Below are positions 43,050 to 52,970 of a stretch of DNA of 64,000 nucleotides, piece after piece. Where the stretch lies: assembly GCA_040766885.1 (NCBI GenBank), contig JAXGPP010000008.1, positions 373,659 to 437,658 of the forward strand. The letters run 5' to 3'. The notes below the pieces were generated by a model. It searched no databases, was not told the DNA's origin, and was given only the letters and a program-made list of their open reading frames with translations. The position numbers were made by a program, and so were the translations under genes. Origin of the DNA: Thermoguttaceae bacterium (GTDB taxonomy: Bacteria > Planctomycetota > Planctomycetia > Pirellulales > Thermoguttaceae). Position 1 is the first letter of the stretch; each line of letters begins with the position of its first letter.

Positions 43050-45487
43050 CGAACGAGGCCACCACCAACGCGAGCCTTCAGCGCGAGCTCGACGACGTCC
43101 GGCAGCGGTTGGTCGAGGCGGAAGAGCTGATTGCGGCGATCCGCGCCGGCGCGGTGGACGGGTTAGTCGTGGATGGCCCGGCCGGTGACCAGGTCTTTCT
43201 GCTTCACGACGCCGACCGGCCGTACCGTGTGTTCGTCGAGGAAATGCAGCAAGGCGCGCTCACGCTGAGCGCCGAGGGGACGATTTATCACTGCAACCGC
43301 CGGATGGCCGAGATTCTGCGGCTGCCGGTGGAACGCCTTCGCGGCCGCACATTGGCCGAGTTTGCTGCATCCGGCAAGCGCAACGAACTCCAGGCCCTGC
43401 TCAAAAAGGCGGGCAGCGGCCGTTACCAGGCCGAGCTTGTGCTGGCGGCCGACGATGGGGGGGAGGTGCCGGCTTACGTGACGGCCAACCCGCTTCCCGG
43501 TGGCGAGGCGGCCATCTGCCTGGTGGTGACTGACTTGACCGAACAGAAGCGCCACGAACAACTCGTGGACAGCGAGGCCTTGACGCGGTCGGTACTTGAG
43601 CAGGCGGTAGACCCGATGATCGTCTGCGACCGCACGGGCACGATCATCCGGGCCAACGAAGCGGCGCGGCAGTTGTGCGGTGCGAACCCACTTTGGCAGC
43701 CCTTTCACGCCGCGTTTGCGCTCGAAGAGGCGGTTGGAGGCTGCGAAACCGGCGAGCGCCCAGGCAAGCCAGTTTCGCTGGCGCCGCTCTACCAGGGCCA
43801 AACGGTCGCCGGGTGCGAAGTCTGCCTGAAGGGCCCGGTCCAGAACCGCGACCTTCTGCTGAATGCCGCGCCTCTGCACCGCGGCGATTCGGGCACGATC
43901 GAAGGTTTCGTAATCTCGCTCGTCGATGTGACCCCGCTACGGGCGGCGCAGCGTGCGGTCGCCGCCTCTCAGCGCGAGGTGCAAGAGATACTGACCAGCA
44001 TCACCGATGCGTTCTTTGCGCTCGATCGCCAATGGCGGTTCCAGGAAATCAATCCGGCCGCTGAGAGAGTATTCGGCAAGCCGCGCCAGGAACTGCTGGG
44101 CGCGGTGTTCTGGGAGCTGTTTCCGTCGGCGGTCGGTAGCGAGTTCTACCGGCAGTACCATCGTGCGATGGCCGAGCAGCGGACAGTGCATTTCGAGGCG
44201 GTTTCGAAAATCGCGCCGGGCTGCTGGTACGAGGCCCACGCCTATCCCAATCCGGAGCGGCTTACGGTCTACCTTCGCGACGTCACCGATCGCAAGCGGG
44301 CCGAAGAGGAACTTCGCGCCCTTAACGAAGACCTGGAGCGGCGGGTCGCCGAGCGGACCGCGCTGGCCGAGCGGCGGTCGGAGCAACTGCGTGCCCTGGC
44401 GGCCGAACTGACGCAGGCCGAGCAGCGCGAGCGCCGCCGCCTGGCACAAGTGCTCCACGACCACCTCCAGCAATTGCTCGTGGCGGCGAGGATGAAAATG
44501 GGCTCGCTGGCGCGCCGCATCACCGAGCCCAAGCTCCAGGCGTCGCTCGGCCAGATCGATCACCTGGTGGGCCAGTGCCTCACTGAATCCCGATCGCTGA
44601 CCGTTGAACTCTGCCCCCCCGTGCTCTACGACGGCGGCCTGGTGGCCGCCGTGGAATGGCTCGCCCGGAGGATGGAGGAACAGCATTCGCTGCGCGTCGA
44701 CGTGCGGGCATGCGATGACGTGGAGCCGCTCGACGAGACCATCCGCCTGCTGCTGTTTCAAGGGGCGCGCGAGCTGCTATTCAACGTGGTGAAGCATGCC
44801 AAGGCCGAACGGGCGGAAATCGAGCTGCAATGCGATGGGCCGGACTCGGTATGCCTGACCATTCGTGACCGCGGTGTCGGATTTGACTCCGCCAAGATCG
44901 ACGGCCAGGGGGCCAATCGCGGCTTTGGGCTGTTCAGCATCCGCGAACGGGTCGAACTGCTGGGTGGAAGGATGGAGGTCGAGACCGTTGCGGGCCAGGG
45001 GACGCAAGTCCGCCTGGTCGTCATGCGCCAGACCCCGGCGGCCGCCGCTCTCACCGCCGCCGACGATACACCAGCAATGAAACGCCGCACGACGAAGCCC
45101 AAACCCACCGAAGGCACGCGGCGGATCCGCGTGCTTCTGGCCGATGATCACGAGATCCTCCGCGACGGTCTGGCGGGCGTGTTGCAGGAAGAGCCGGATC
45201 TCGAGCTGGTCGGCGAGGCGGCCGATGGCCAGGAAGCCGTGGAACTCGCTTTAATCACCCAACCCGATGTCGTGCTAATGGACATTACCATGCCGCGGGT
45301 CAACGGCATCGAGGCCACGCGCATGATTACGGCTCGTCATGCGGAAGTGCGCGTCATTGGTCTTTCCATGCACGACGATCCCAGTCTCACCGAGAGGATG
45401 TACGAGGCGGGGGCCGTGGCCTATATCAGCAAGAGCGGTCCGACCACGGAACTGATCAAAGTAATCCGCAGCCTGGGACCCGCATGA
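43046..45487 (+). CDS. PAS-domain hybrid sensor histidine kinase (HisKA_3 / HATPase_c) with a C-terminal NarL-type receiver
   Basis: 813 aa with multiple PAS repeats. H-box LHDHLQQLLVAARMKM. ATPase DRGVGFD ... GFGLFSIRERVELLGG. Receiver IRVLLADDHEILRDGL ... VVLMDITMP. Confidence 0.8.
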   Translation: MTNEATTNASLQRELDDVRQRLVEAEELIAAIRAGAVDGLVVDGPAGDQVFLLHDADRPYRVFVEEMQQGALTLSAEGTIYHCNRRMAEILRLPVERLRGRTLAEFAASGKRNELQALLKKAGSGRYQAELVLAADDGGEVPAYVTANPLPGGEAAICLVVTDLTEQKRHEQLVDSEALTRSVLEQAVDPMIVCDRTGTIIRANEAARQLCGANPLWQPFHAAFALEEAVGGCETGERPGKPVSLAPLYQGQTVAGCEVCLKGPVQNRDLLLNAAPLHRGDSGTIEGFVISLVDVTPLRAAQRAVAASQREVQEILTSITDAFFALDRQWRFQEINPAAERVFGKPRQELLGAVFWELFPSAVGSEFYRQYHRAMAEQRTVHFEAVSKIAPGCWYEAHAYPNPERLTVYLRDVTDRKRAEEELRALNEDLERRVAERTALAERRSEQLRALAAELTQAEQRERRRLAQVLHDHLQQLLVAARMKMGSLARRITEPKLQASLGQIDHLVGQCLTESRSLTVELCPPVLYDGGLVAAVEWLARRMEEQHSLRVDVRACDDVEPLDETIRLLLFQGARELLFNVVKHAKAERAEIELQCDGPDSVCLTIRDRGVGFDSAKIDGQGANRGFGLFSIRERVELLGGRMEVETVAGQGTQVRLVVMRQTPAAAALTAADDTPAMKRRTTKPKPTEGTRRIRVLLADDHEILRDGLAGVLQEEPDLELVGEAADGQEAVELALITQPDVVLMDITMPRVNGIEATRMITARHAEVRVIGLSMHDDPSLTERMYEAGAVAYISKSGPTTELIKVIRSLGPA

Positions 45488-46089
45488 TTTCCGATTCGGC
45501 GCGCTTCGATGCGGCGATCGCTGCTTTCGACTCCGCCAATGCCGGCGATCGCAACCACGTGCGCTATCACGGCCAGGAATTTCCGGAGCAGTTGTTCTAC
45601 GGCCAGCGGATGACGTGGTGGCTGGAGCACCTGGAGTCGGACCCTTCGGAGGCGTTGCGGCTGGCGGCGCGGTCGCAACACATCCGGCGATGGGAAATAC
45701 CCCGCGACAGCTATCCTCGCGATCGCCAGGGCTATCACCGCTGGCGGCAGCGGCTCTATGAGTTCCACGCGGAAACAGCCGGCGAGATCCTGCGGCGCGT
45801 CGGCTACGACGAGCCGATCGTGGCCCGCGTGCAGGAGCTGCTGCGCAAGAAGGGGCTCAAGACCGATCCGGAGATGCAGATTCTGGAGGACGTGATCTGT
45901 CTCGTCTTCCTGGAGCACTACCTGGCCGGCTTCTCCCAACAGCACGATCGCGCGACCTTGCTGCGCATCCTCCGCAAGACGTGGGGCAAGATGTCGGCCC
46001 GGGGGCGTGACGCGGCCAGGCACCTCGAGCTGCCGGACGCGGCCCGCCAGCTGGTTGCCGAGGCGGTGGAAGACGCGGAGGAGCGGTGA
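45484..46089 (+). CDS. DUF4202-family protein
   Basis: 201 aa, MISDSARFDAAIAAFDSANAGD ... WWLEHLESDPSEALRLAARSQHIRRWEIPR. Confidence 0.5.
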   Translation: MISDSARFDAAIAAFDSANAGDRNHVRYHGQEFPEQLFYGQRMTWWLEHLESDPSEALRLAARSQHIRRWEIPRDSYPRDRQGYHRWRQRLYEFHAETAGEILRRVGYDEPIVARVQELLRKKGLKTDPEMQILEDVICLVFLEHYLAGFSQQHDRATLLRILRKTWGKMSARGRDAARHLELPDAARQLVAEAVEDAEER

Positions 46090-46138
46090 CGCCGCGCACT
46101 CGTTGACAAGCCCGGCAGAGTTGCCGGAAACACTCCCT

Positions 46139-47200
46139 TCACTCCCGGACAACGACAAGGTCGTGTTCGCCGCGCGGAAGAACCTCGCCGATCCGCCACC
46201 AGGATTCGTTGCGGCGCGACATTTCGGCGGTGAACGAATCGATGCTCTCGCTGGGCAAGGCGATGAGCAGGCCTCCACTTGTCTGTGCGTCGAACAGAAG
46301 CATCTGCTCCGGCTCGCTCACACCGGGGCCAAAAGCGGTTCCGCCGCCGAAGTGTCGGCGGTTGTCTCGCGAACCGCCCGGGAAGACGGCCTGGTCGGCA
46401 TACTGGCGGGCGCCCGTCATCAGCGGGATCGCATCGCAATCCAGTTGCAGCGTCACGCCGCTCGCGCGGGCCATTTCGCTGGCGTGCCCCAGGAGGCCGA
46501 ATCCTGTGACGTCGGTGGCGCTGCGCCCCCCGACCGCCAAAGTCGCCTCGCTGGCGGCGCCGTTCAGCCGCATCATCCATTCGACGGCCTCGGCCACGTG
46601 GGCCGCCTCGGCCTGCTGCAGCTTCGCCGCCGTGGTGATCGTGCCGGTGCCGAGCGGCTTGGTGAGCACCAGCGCATCGCCGGGCCGGGCGCCGCCCTTG
46701 GTCAGCAGGCGGTCGGGATGAGCCAGCCCGATGACCACCAGTCCGAACTTCGGCTCGCGATCCTGAGCGCTGTGGCCGCCGGCGATCACCGCCCCCGCCT
46801 GCCGGACCTTCTCGGCGGCGCCGCGGAAGATCCCGCCGGTGACGTGCTCCGGCAGATCGTTGGGCAGGGCCGCGAGGTTCAAAGCCAGGATCGGCCGGCC
46901 GCCGGTCGCGTAGACGTCGCTCAGGGAGTTGGCGGCGGCGATGGCGCCGAAATCGTAGGAATTGTCGACGATCGGCGTAAAGAAATCGGCCGTGACGACC
47001 AGCGCCTGCTGGGCATCGAGTCGATAGACTGCGGCGTCGTCCGGCTCCCCGAGCCCGACGAGCAGATCGGGGTGCTCGCCCGGCGGAAACATCGACTGTA
47101 GGGGACGCAGGACCTGCGCCAGGGCCGCGGGCGCCAGCTTCGACGCTCAGCCCGCGCACGCCGTGAGGGCGGTCAGTTTGAAGATCTCTTCGCGTGTCAT
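46139..47200 (-). CDS. selD: Selenide, water dikinase SelD; a selenoprotein with an in-frame TGA (Sec) at codon 18
   Basis: The listed ORF (start at 47092) lacks the conserved N-terminus. Reading from the ATG at 47200 gives MTREEIFKLTALTACAG-U-ASKLAPAALAQVLRPLQSMFPPG..., with TGA at 47149-47147 at the canonical Cys/Sec site. Downstream is AIR-synthase-related domain sequence (DAAVYRLD ... VVTADFFTPIVDNSYDFGAIAAANSLSDVYA). Confidence 0.7.
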
Positions 47201-47204
47201 GTGC

Positions 47205-48491
47205 CTACTCGCCTGAGAACCGTTCCACGATCAGCGAAATGTTCTGGCCGCCGAAGCCGAAACTGTTCGACAGGGCAACGTCGCAACGGGCTTCGCGGGC
47301 CTGGTTCGGCACGTAATCCAGATCGCATTCGGGATCGGGATTCTCGTAGTTGATCGTCGGCGGGAGGACGTTGTCGCGGATCGCCAGCAGGCAGATGATC
47401 AGCTCGGTCGCTCCGGCGGCGGCGATCAGGTGGCCCATCATGCTCTTCGTGCTCGAGACGGGCAGCTTCCGGGCGTAGTCGTTGAAAGTCTGCTTGATGG
47501 CGAGAGTCTCGACGCGATCGTTCACCGCGGTGCTCGTGCCGTGGGCGTTGACGTAATGGACGTCCTCCGGATTCCGTCCCGCGTCGCGCAGAGCCATCTT
47601 CATGCAACTGATTGCGCCGCGTCCCTCGGGATGCGTGTCGGTGATGCGGTAGGCGTCGGCCGTCGATCCGTAGCCGGTAAGCTCGCCGTAGATCTTCGCG
47701 CCGCGGGTCCGGGCATGCTCCAATTCCTCGAGCATGAGCATTCCCGCCCCTTCTCCGAGCACGAACCCGTCGCGGAGCCGGTCGAAGGGCCGCGATGCCT
47801 TCTCCGGCGGATCGTTGGAGGTACTCAGCGCGGTGAGAAGCACGAACCCGCTGACGCCGAAGGGGTGGATCATTGTATGGGTGCCGCCGGCCAGCATCAC
47901 GTCGGCCTCACCCCGGCGAATCAATTCCGACGCTTCGCCGACGGCCTGGCTGCTGGCCGCGCAGGCGGTCAGGCAGTTGAGATTCGGCCCCTGGGCGCCG
48001 AACAGGCTCGCCAGGTGACCCGCCGGCATGTTCGGTTCCTGCTCCAACTCGATGGTGGGATGGAGGATCTCGAGCCCCTTCTTAGTGAACTTGGCGATGT
48101 CGAGCGTGCCATCCTCCAGCGCGGCGACCATCATCTGGGTGAAGCTGTCGAAGTCCTGCTGGCCCTCGCCGCTGCCGGTGTAGACGCCAAACCGCGTGGG
48201 GTCGAGCGGCCGGTCGAGAATCCCGGAATCCGCGACCGCCTTCTTGGCCGCGCCGACGGCAAACCGGGTGTGGCGACCCTGGAATTTCCAGTCCTCGGGG
48301 TCTTCTCCAACGTCGGAGACGTCCCAGTCGCGCACTTCGGCCGAGATCTTCGTGGGAAAGTTGCTGGCATCGAACAGGCTGATGTAGCCGACGCCCGACT
48401 CGCCCTTGAGCAGCCGCTTCCAGACCTGCTCCACCTCGGCGCCCATGGGCGTGACGCAGCCGACGCCGGTGACTACAACCCGTCTTCTCAT
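47205..48491 (-). CDS. fabF: Beta-ketoacyl-ACP synthase II (FabF-like)
   Basis: MRRRVVVTGVGCVTPMG ... catalytic Cys (NLNCLTACAASS) and His-His (NAHGTST, SMMGHLIAAAG). Confidence 0.85.
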   Translation of the reverse strand: MRRRVVVTGVGCVTPMGAEVEQVWKRLLKGESGVGYISLFDASNFPTKISAEVRDWDVSDVGEDPEDWKFQGRHTRFAVGAAKKAVADSGILDRPLDPTRFGVYTGSGEGQQDFDSFTQMMVAALEDGTLDIAKFTKKGLEILHPTIELEQEPNMPAGHLASLFGAQGPNLNCLTACAASSQAVGEASELIRRGEADVMLAGGTHTMIHPFGVSGFVLLTALSTSNDPPEKASRPFDRLRDGFVLGEGAGMLMLEELEHARTRGAKIYGELTGYGSTADAYRITDTHPEGRGAISCMKMALRDAGRNPEDVHYVNAHGTSTAVNDRVETLAIKQTFNDYARKLPVSSTKSMMGHLIAAAGATELIICLLAIRDNVLPPTINYENPDPECDLDYVPNQAREARCDVALSNSFGFGGQNISLIVERFSGE

Positions 48492-48510
48492 CGCTACCCA
48501 GTCCGTTAAG

Positions 48511-49056
48511 CTATTGGTTCCTGCCGAGCGCGGACGAATTGCCCACGCCGCCTTCGTCCACATCGGGCTCCCTCAGTGGCGAGCCATCGGCCGCGATTCC
48601 CACCTCAAACACCCTCAGGATCCGCATCATGTGCAGCAGCATCCGCGGATCGAACAGCGTCTTCGCCTGATAACCGCTGTTGAGATGGGCGAAAACGATC
48701 TCCATTTCGGCCTGCAGCTCAGCGCCGCGATGGCTGGTGGCGGTAACCATCGCGCCATCCTTATGGATGTAGTCGACCGTCGTGGTGTAGACGAGCGTAT
48801 CGCCCGGCCTGGCTTCAAGGTAGAACCGGGCGCGGGGCACCTTCGCGAGCACGACCTTCTCCCGCAGGTGGTTGTGCTCGCAAACCAGTAGCCCGCCCGT
48901 CTGCGCCAGTCCCTCGATGATCAGGGAATTCGGCATCACCGGGTAACCGGGAAAATGGTCGTGCAGGTGATCCTCGGCGAGGGAAACGTTTTTGATCGCC
49001 CGGGCCCGCCGCCCGCTCTCGAACTCAATGAATCGGTCGATCCAATACCAGCGCAT
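48511..49056 (-). CDS. FabZ/FabA-like hotdog dehydratase
   Basis: HLHDHFPGYPVMPNSLIIEGLAQTGGLLV. Confidence 0.7.
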   Translation of the reverse strand: MRWYWIDRFIEFESGRRARAIKNVSLAEDHLHDHFPGYPVMPNSLIIEGLAQTGGLLVCEHNHLREKVVLAKVPRARFYLEARPGDTLVYTTTVDYIHKDGAMVTATSHRGAELQAEMEIVFAHLNSGYQAKTLFDPRMLLHMMRILRVFEVGIAADGSPLREPDVDEGGVGNSSALGRNQ

Positions 49057-49170
49057 GGCGATTGTTCGTTACCTGAAGCCTGTCGGGCGAACGACGACGC
49101 CGCGCGATCCTGGGCTGGCCCGGGATCGCGCCCGCAATGACGGCCTCCGGGTGAGACGCGCCGGCGCGCT

Positions 49171-49572
49171 TCACCCGGTCACTTCGACCTTGGTTTCGAC
49201 AAAGCGGCACATATCGGCCACCGTCAGCACGTTGCCGAAGTCCTGGACGACCGGGTTCTTGGCGAAGTCGTCTAGATTGGCGAACGGCATACGGCGGCGC
49301 AATTCAGCCAGTCCGGCGTCGGTAACCTTTCCGTCCTGGATGTATTCGGCGTTGGTGAGCACGTCCTCGGGAAACAGCTCGCCGCGTGGGATCTTGATGT
49401 CGAAGGCCTTCTCCAGGCGGAACACGATATCGAGGAAATCGATGGACTCGGCGCCCAGGTCGCCGACCAGCGTGGCCTCGGGGGTCACTTCGTCCTCGTC
49501 CACGCCCAGGGCTTCGACCAGGGCATTGCGGATCTTTTCAAAGATCTCGTCCTTTGTCGGCATGTCGCTCAA
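49171..49572 (-). CDS. Acyl carrier protein (long form, 133 aa)
   Basis: The phosphopantetheine site is LGAESIDFLD. A ~50-aa C-terminal extension follows. Confidence 0.65.
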   Translation of the reverse strand: MSDMPTKDEIFEKIRNALVEALGVDEDEVTPEATLVGDLGAESIDFLDIVFRLEKAFDIKIPRGELFPEDVLTNAEYIQDGKVTDAGLAELRRRMPFANLDDFAKNPVVQDFGNVLTVADMCRFVETKVEVTG

Positions 49573-49644
49573 CCTCCAAGCCGCAATGTGTAGTAATTCC
49601 GTTGCGCCGGCACATCGACTTGCGGCGCGACCAATCTTCCACGA

Positions 49645-50397
49645 TCAGTATCCACCCAGACTCAGCCCGCCATCCACGCGCAGCACCTGGCCGGTCATGT
49701 AGCTCGAATCGTCGCTGGCCAGGAAGGCCACCACGCGGGCGATCTCCTCCGCCTGCCCGATCCGTTTCATGGGGATGACTTCCTTGATCTTGTCGCCAGC
49801 CAGCCCGCGAACCGCCTTGCTCATGTCGGTTTCAATCATGCCAGGGGCCACGGCGTTCACTCGCACCTTGCGCGGCGCCAGCTCCTTGGCCATGGCCCGG
49901 GTGAGGCCATCGATACCACCCTTGCTGGCCGCGTAGTTCACCTGGCCCCGCGATGCGAACTCGGAGGCAGTGCTGGAAAGGTTCACCACCGCCCCGCTCC
50001 GCTGATACATCATCTGCTGCACAGCCGCGCGGCAGTAGTTGTACGTTCCGAAGAGGTTGGTCTCCAGCACGTCTCGCCATTGCGCCGCGGTCATGGAACC
50101 CAACAACCCGTCCTGCACGATCCCCGCCGAATTCACCAGCACGTCGAGCCGGTTGCGGGTCTCGACGAGCTGATCGACGATCTCTTGCGCCCGCTGCGGA
50201 TCGCGGACGTCGGCCTGCTCGGCGCGGACCGTGCGCCCCTGGGCCTGAAGTTCGGCCGCCAACGCTTCGGCAACTTCACGGTTGCTGTTGTAGAGAAACA
50301 GCACCTCAGCCCCCTCTGCGGCAAGCTCGACCACGCAGGCGCGGCCGATGCCTCGGCTGCCGCCGGTTACCAGGGCTATCTTTCCTTCGAGTCGCAT
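49645..50397 (-). CDS. fabG: 3-oxoacyl-ACP reductase (FabG, SDR family)
   Basis: From the ATG at 50397: MRLEGKIALVTGGSRGIGRA. The catalytic motif is NYAASKGG ... PGMIETDM. Confidence 0.85.
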   Translation of the reverse strand: MRLEGKIALVTGGSRGIGRACVVELAAEGAEVLFLYNSNREVAEALAAELQAQGRTVRAEQADVRDPQRAQEIVDQLVETRNRLDVLVNSAGIVQDGLLGSMTAAQWRDVLETNLFGTYNYCRAAVQQMMYQRSGAVVNLSSTASEFASRGQVNYAASKGGIDGLTRAMAKELAPRKVRVNAVAPGMIETDMSKAVRGLAGDKIKEVIPMKRIGQAEEIARVVAFLASDDSSYMTGQVLRVDGGLSLGGY

Positions 50398-50494
50398 CGG
50401 CCGTGTCGCTGTTTCTCGGTTTGTATTGTGTTTGATATCGCGTACGGCGGAAACGGTCCGCACTACGAGATTCGCGCTCGAGCCGCCCGTCGTC

Positions 50495-51013
50495 TCAGAC
50501 CGGTGACCGCCGCGTTGCCTCCCCGTTGGCCAGAGCCCCGCTGCCGGGCTGCCAGAGCAGGGCGAACATCTCGCGCATCTGGTGGCGGACAATCGCGTCG
50601 GCTGCCGCCTGCTCCGGATGGGCCTCCGTCAGGTTATATCGCTCAAGCACCAACCGCGCGCTGACTGTGGATCGGTCGCCCACCATTCCGCGCGTCTTGA
50701 CGACCGTCTCGCGTTCCGTCTGACTGACCATCTCGGCGGTGACGCTGAGCGTCTGGCCCGGTTCGACAAACTGGCCATACTTGACGTTGCGGGCTTCCTT
50801 GAGCACTACCATGCTGTGCTCGAAATCCTCGCTGGCGCGGACCAGCCAGGCCGCAGCCTGGGTCATCGCCTCGAGCATCAGCACGCCCGGCATCACGGGA
50901 AATCCGGGGAAGTGGTCGGCCAGGTATTCCTCGGCCATCGACAGCGCTTTGACCGCGGTGAGCTTCACCCCTGGCTCAAGCTCATCAATCCGGTCTATGA
51001 GCGAGAATCGCAT
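50495..51013 (-). CDS. Second FabZ/FabA-like hotdog dehydratase
   Basis: YLADHFPGFPVMPGVLMLEAMTQAAAWLV. Confidence 0.7.
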   Translation of the reverse strand: MRFSLIDRIDELEPGVKLTAVKALSMAEEYLADHFPGFPVMPGVLMLEAMTQAAAWLVRASEDFEHSMVVLKEARNVKYGQFVEPGQTLSVTAEMVSQTERETVVKTRGMVGDRSTVSARLVLERYNLTEAHPEQAAADAIVRHQMREMFALLWQPGSGALANGEATRRSPV

Positions 51014-51375
51014 GGCAAACCTGACACCATCCCCCAGGGCGGCCCTACCAGGGGCGTCCGCCGCCCAATTAAGCTATCCAGTATAGTTTTCCAACTCGGT
51101 TGTCACAACCGGCCCACAGAATAACCGCCCGGCAGGTTTAAAGTCAACGCCACTAATGGCTTACATTCGTCCCATCATTCAAGCTCGATCGCTGCCAGAA
51201 TGGCAGTCCTGGATTAAGGGGGGTTCGCCTGCGAGTGCCTAAATTCTTTCGCCCATGCAGGTTACCGCTTCACCTCAAGACGGTATGTGCTTTGCATAAA
51301 GCTGCCGTGTGGCCTAGCGGCCGATGAAGTCCCGGCTTCTGCCGATGTTTCTTCGCACGAAGGAGGATCTGCGCA

Positions 51376-51815
51376 TGGTACCGCGTACCCCTGGCTTCCG
51401 ACATCCGCTCCAAGACTTTCGGCGCGAAATGGACCGCTTGATGTCCGACGTCCTCCAGGCCGCTTCGGAAAGCGGTTGGCCGTTTCCCGCCCGCAATCAG
51501 CCGGCCGTCAACATGTGGGAGACGGCGGATTCCCTGCATCTCGAGGTCGAGGTGCCGGGCATCAAGGCCGACCAACTGGATATTTCGGTCGTCGGCAACG
51601 AGGTCACACTCCGCATCGCGCGGGTCGATACGGCGGATGAGAATGTGACCTATCACCGCCGCGAGCGGCCGGTGGGAGAGTTCTCGCGGATCTTGCGGCT
51701 GCCGACGGAGGTGGACGCCGATCACATCTCGGCCGAACTTCGCAACGGGGTGCTTACCGTAACGCTTCCCAAAGCTCAGGCCGCGCGGCCGCGCAAGATT
51801 CAGGTTAGTGGTTAG
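51376..51815 (+). CDS. Hsp20/alpha-crystallin family small heat-shock protein
   Basis: RBS GAAGGAGG 10 nt upstream of the ATG at 51376. ACD signature VNMWETADSLHLEVEVPGIKADQLDISVVGNEVTLRIA ... GVLTVTLPKA. Confidence 0.75.
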
Positions 51816-51870
51816 CGATCCGTTCGGTAGGGTTCATTCCATAAACTGACTTGCCACACGAGGTCCATCC

Positions 51871-52272
51871 ATGGCTGACGAAACCCCCATCACCAAACCA
51901 GAGGCCCCTGAAGCACAAGGGGCGGAATACACCCGAGGCGGGAACATCTACCGTCCCAATGTCGACATCGTGGAACGCGAGGATGAATTGCTGGTTCTGG
52001 CCGACATTCCCGGCACGGCCGGCGATCTGATCGATATCGATTTCGAGGACGGCGACCTGACGATCCATGCCCGCGTTCCCCCGCGGCAGCAGTCGGGGGC
52101 CGAGTACCTGTTGCGGGAGTATGGTGTCGGCGACTATCTCCGCACGTTCCGCGTGAGCGAGAAGATCGACGCCACCAGGATCAGTGCCGAATATGGCGAT
52201 GGCGTATTGACGCTGCACCTGCCCAAGGCCGAGGCATTGCGGCCGAGAAAAATTTCCGTACGAGCCGAGTAG
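51871..52272 (+). CDS. Hsp20 family protein
   Basis: PNVDIVEREDELLVLADIPGTAGDLIDIDFEDGDLTIHA ... GVLTLHLPKA. Confidence 0.8.
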   Translation: MADETPITKPEAPEAQGAEYTRGGNIYRPNVDIVEREDELLVLADIPGTAGDLIDIDFEDGDLTIHARVPPRQQSGAEYLLREYGVGDYLRTFRVSEKIDATRISAEYGDGVLTLHLPKAEALRPRKISVRAE

Positions 52273-52297
52273 CGCGATTTGCACAAGGAGAGGGAAC

Positions 52298-52822
52298 ATG
52301 AGCGGAATTCCGTGGCGAGGCAAACAGCGCACAGGAGCCCAAGGCGAGATGTCCCCCTTGGCGGCGCTGCGCGCCGAGATGGACCGCCTGTTGGAGACCT
52401 ACGTTCGCGAACCGGTGGCCGGCTTCGAGTGGCCGTTCGGCGACCGCGGATGGTCGCCGCCCATCGATGTCGGCGAGAACGAGCAGGAAGTCATCGTTCG
52501 AGCCGAGGTGCCCGGCATGTCACCCAGCGACATCCAGGTGACCGTCTCAGGCGGGCAATTGGTGCTGGCCGGCGAGAAGAAACCGCCCGTCGAGCAGGCC
52601 AAGGACTTCTATCAGACGGAAAGCCGTTACGGAACGTTCCGGCGCAGCGTGCCGTTGCCTGAATCGGCTGATCCGGACGGAGTCGACGCCGAGTATTCCG
52701 GCGGTGTGCTTCTGGTCCGAATCAGGAAGACGGTGTCGACGCCGCCCAAGCGGGTCGAGGTGAAGGTCAAACCGGAAGCGGCCGGCGCTACTCCCGTCGA
52801 AGTGGCGCCACCGCCGGCCTGA
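52298..52822 (+). CDS. Hsp20 family protein
   Basis: PPIDVGENEQEVIVRAEVPGMSPSDIQVTVSGGQLVLAGEKK ... GVLLVRIRK. Confidence 0.8.
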   Translation: MSGIPWRGKQRTGAQGEMSPLAALRAEMDRLLETYVREPVAGFEWPFGDRGWSPPIDVGENEQEVIVRAEVPGMSPSDIQVTVSGGQLVLAGEKKPPVEQAKDFYQTESRYGTFRRSVPLPESADPDGVDAEYSGGVLLVRIRKTVSTPPKRVEVKVKPEAAGATPVEVAPPPA

Positions 52823-52970
52823 AACCGGCCGCGCCGATCGCGAACGATCCAACGTGCGATGCGGTTGGCCATTGGCCGTCTTACGAGTGTAAGGCGGCCC
52901 TGGGATTCCGCGGATCGGTGTCATACACTGGTGGTTATTCGATCGAGGTATCGACTGCCAGCAGGAGAAG

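Noticed and set aside
46139-47092. SelD as an N-terminally truncated pseudogene, since the ORF-track start lacks the active-site loop.
   Set aside because: The upstream frame continues through a single TGA at the canonical Sec position to an ATG at 47200. A selenoprotein is the simpler explanation.
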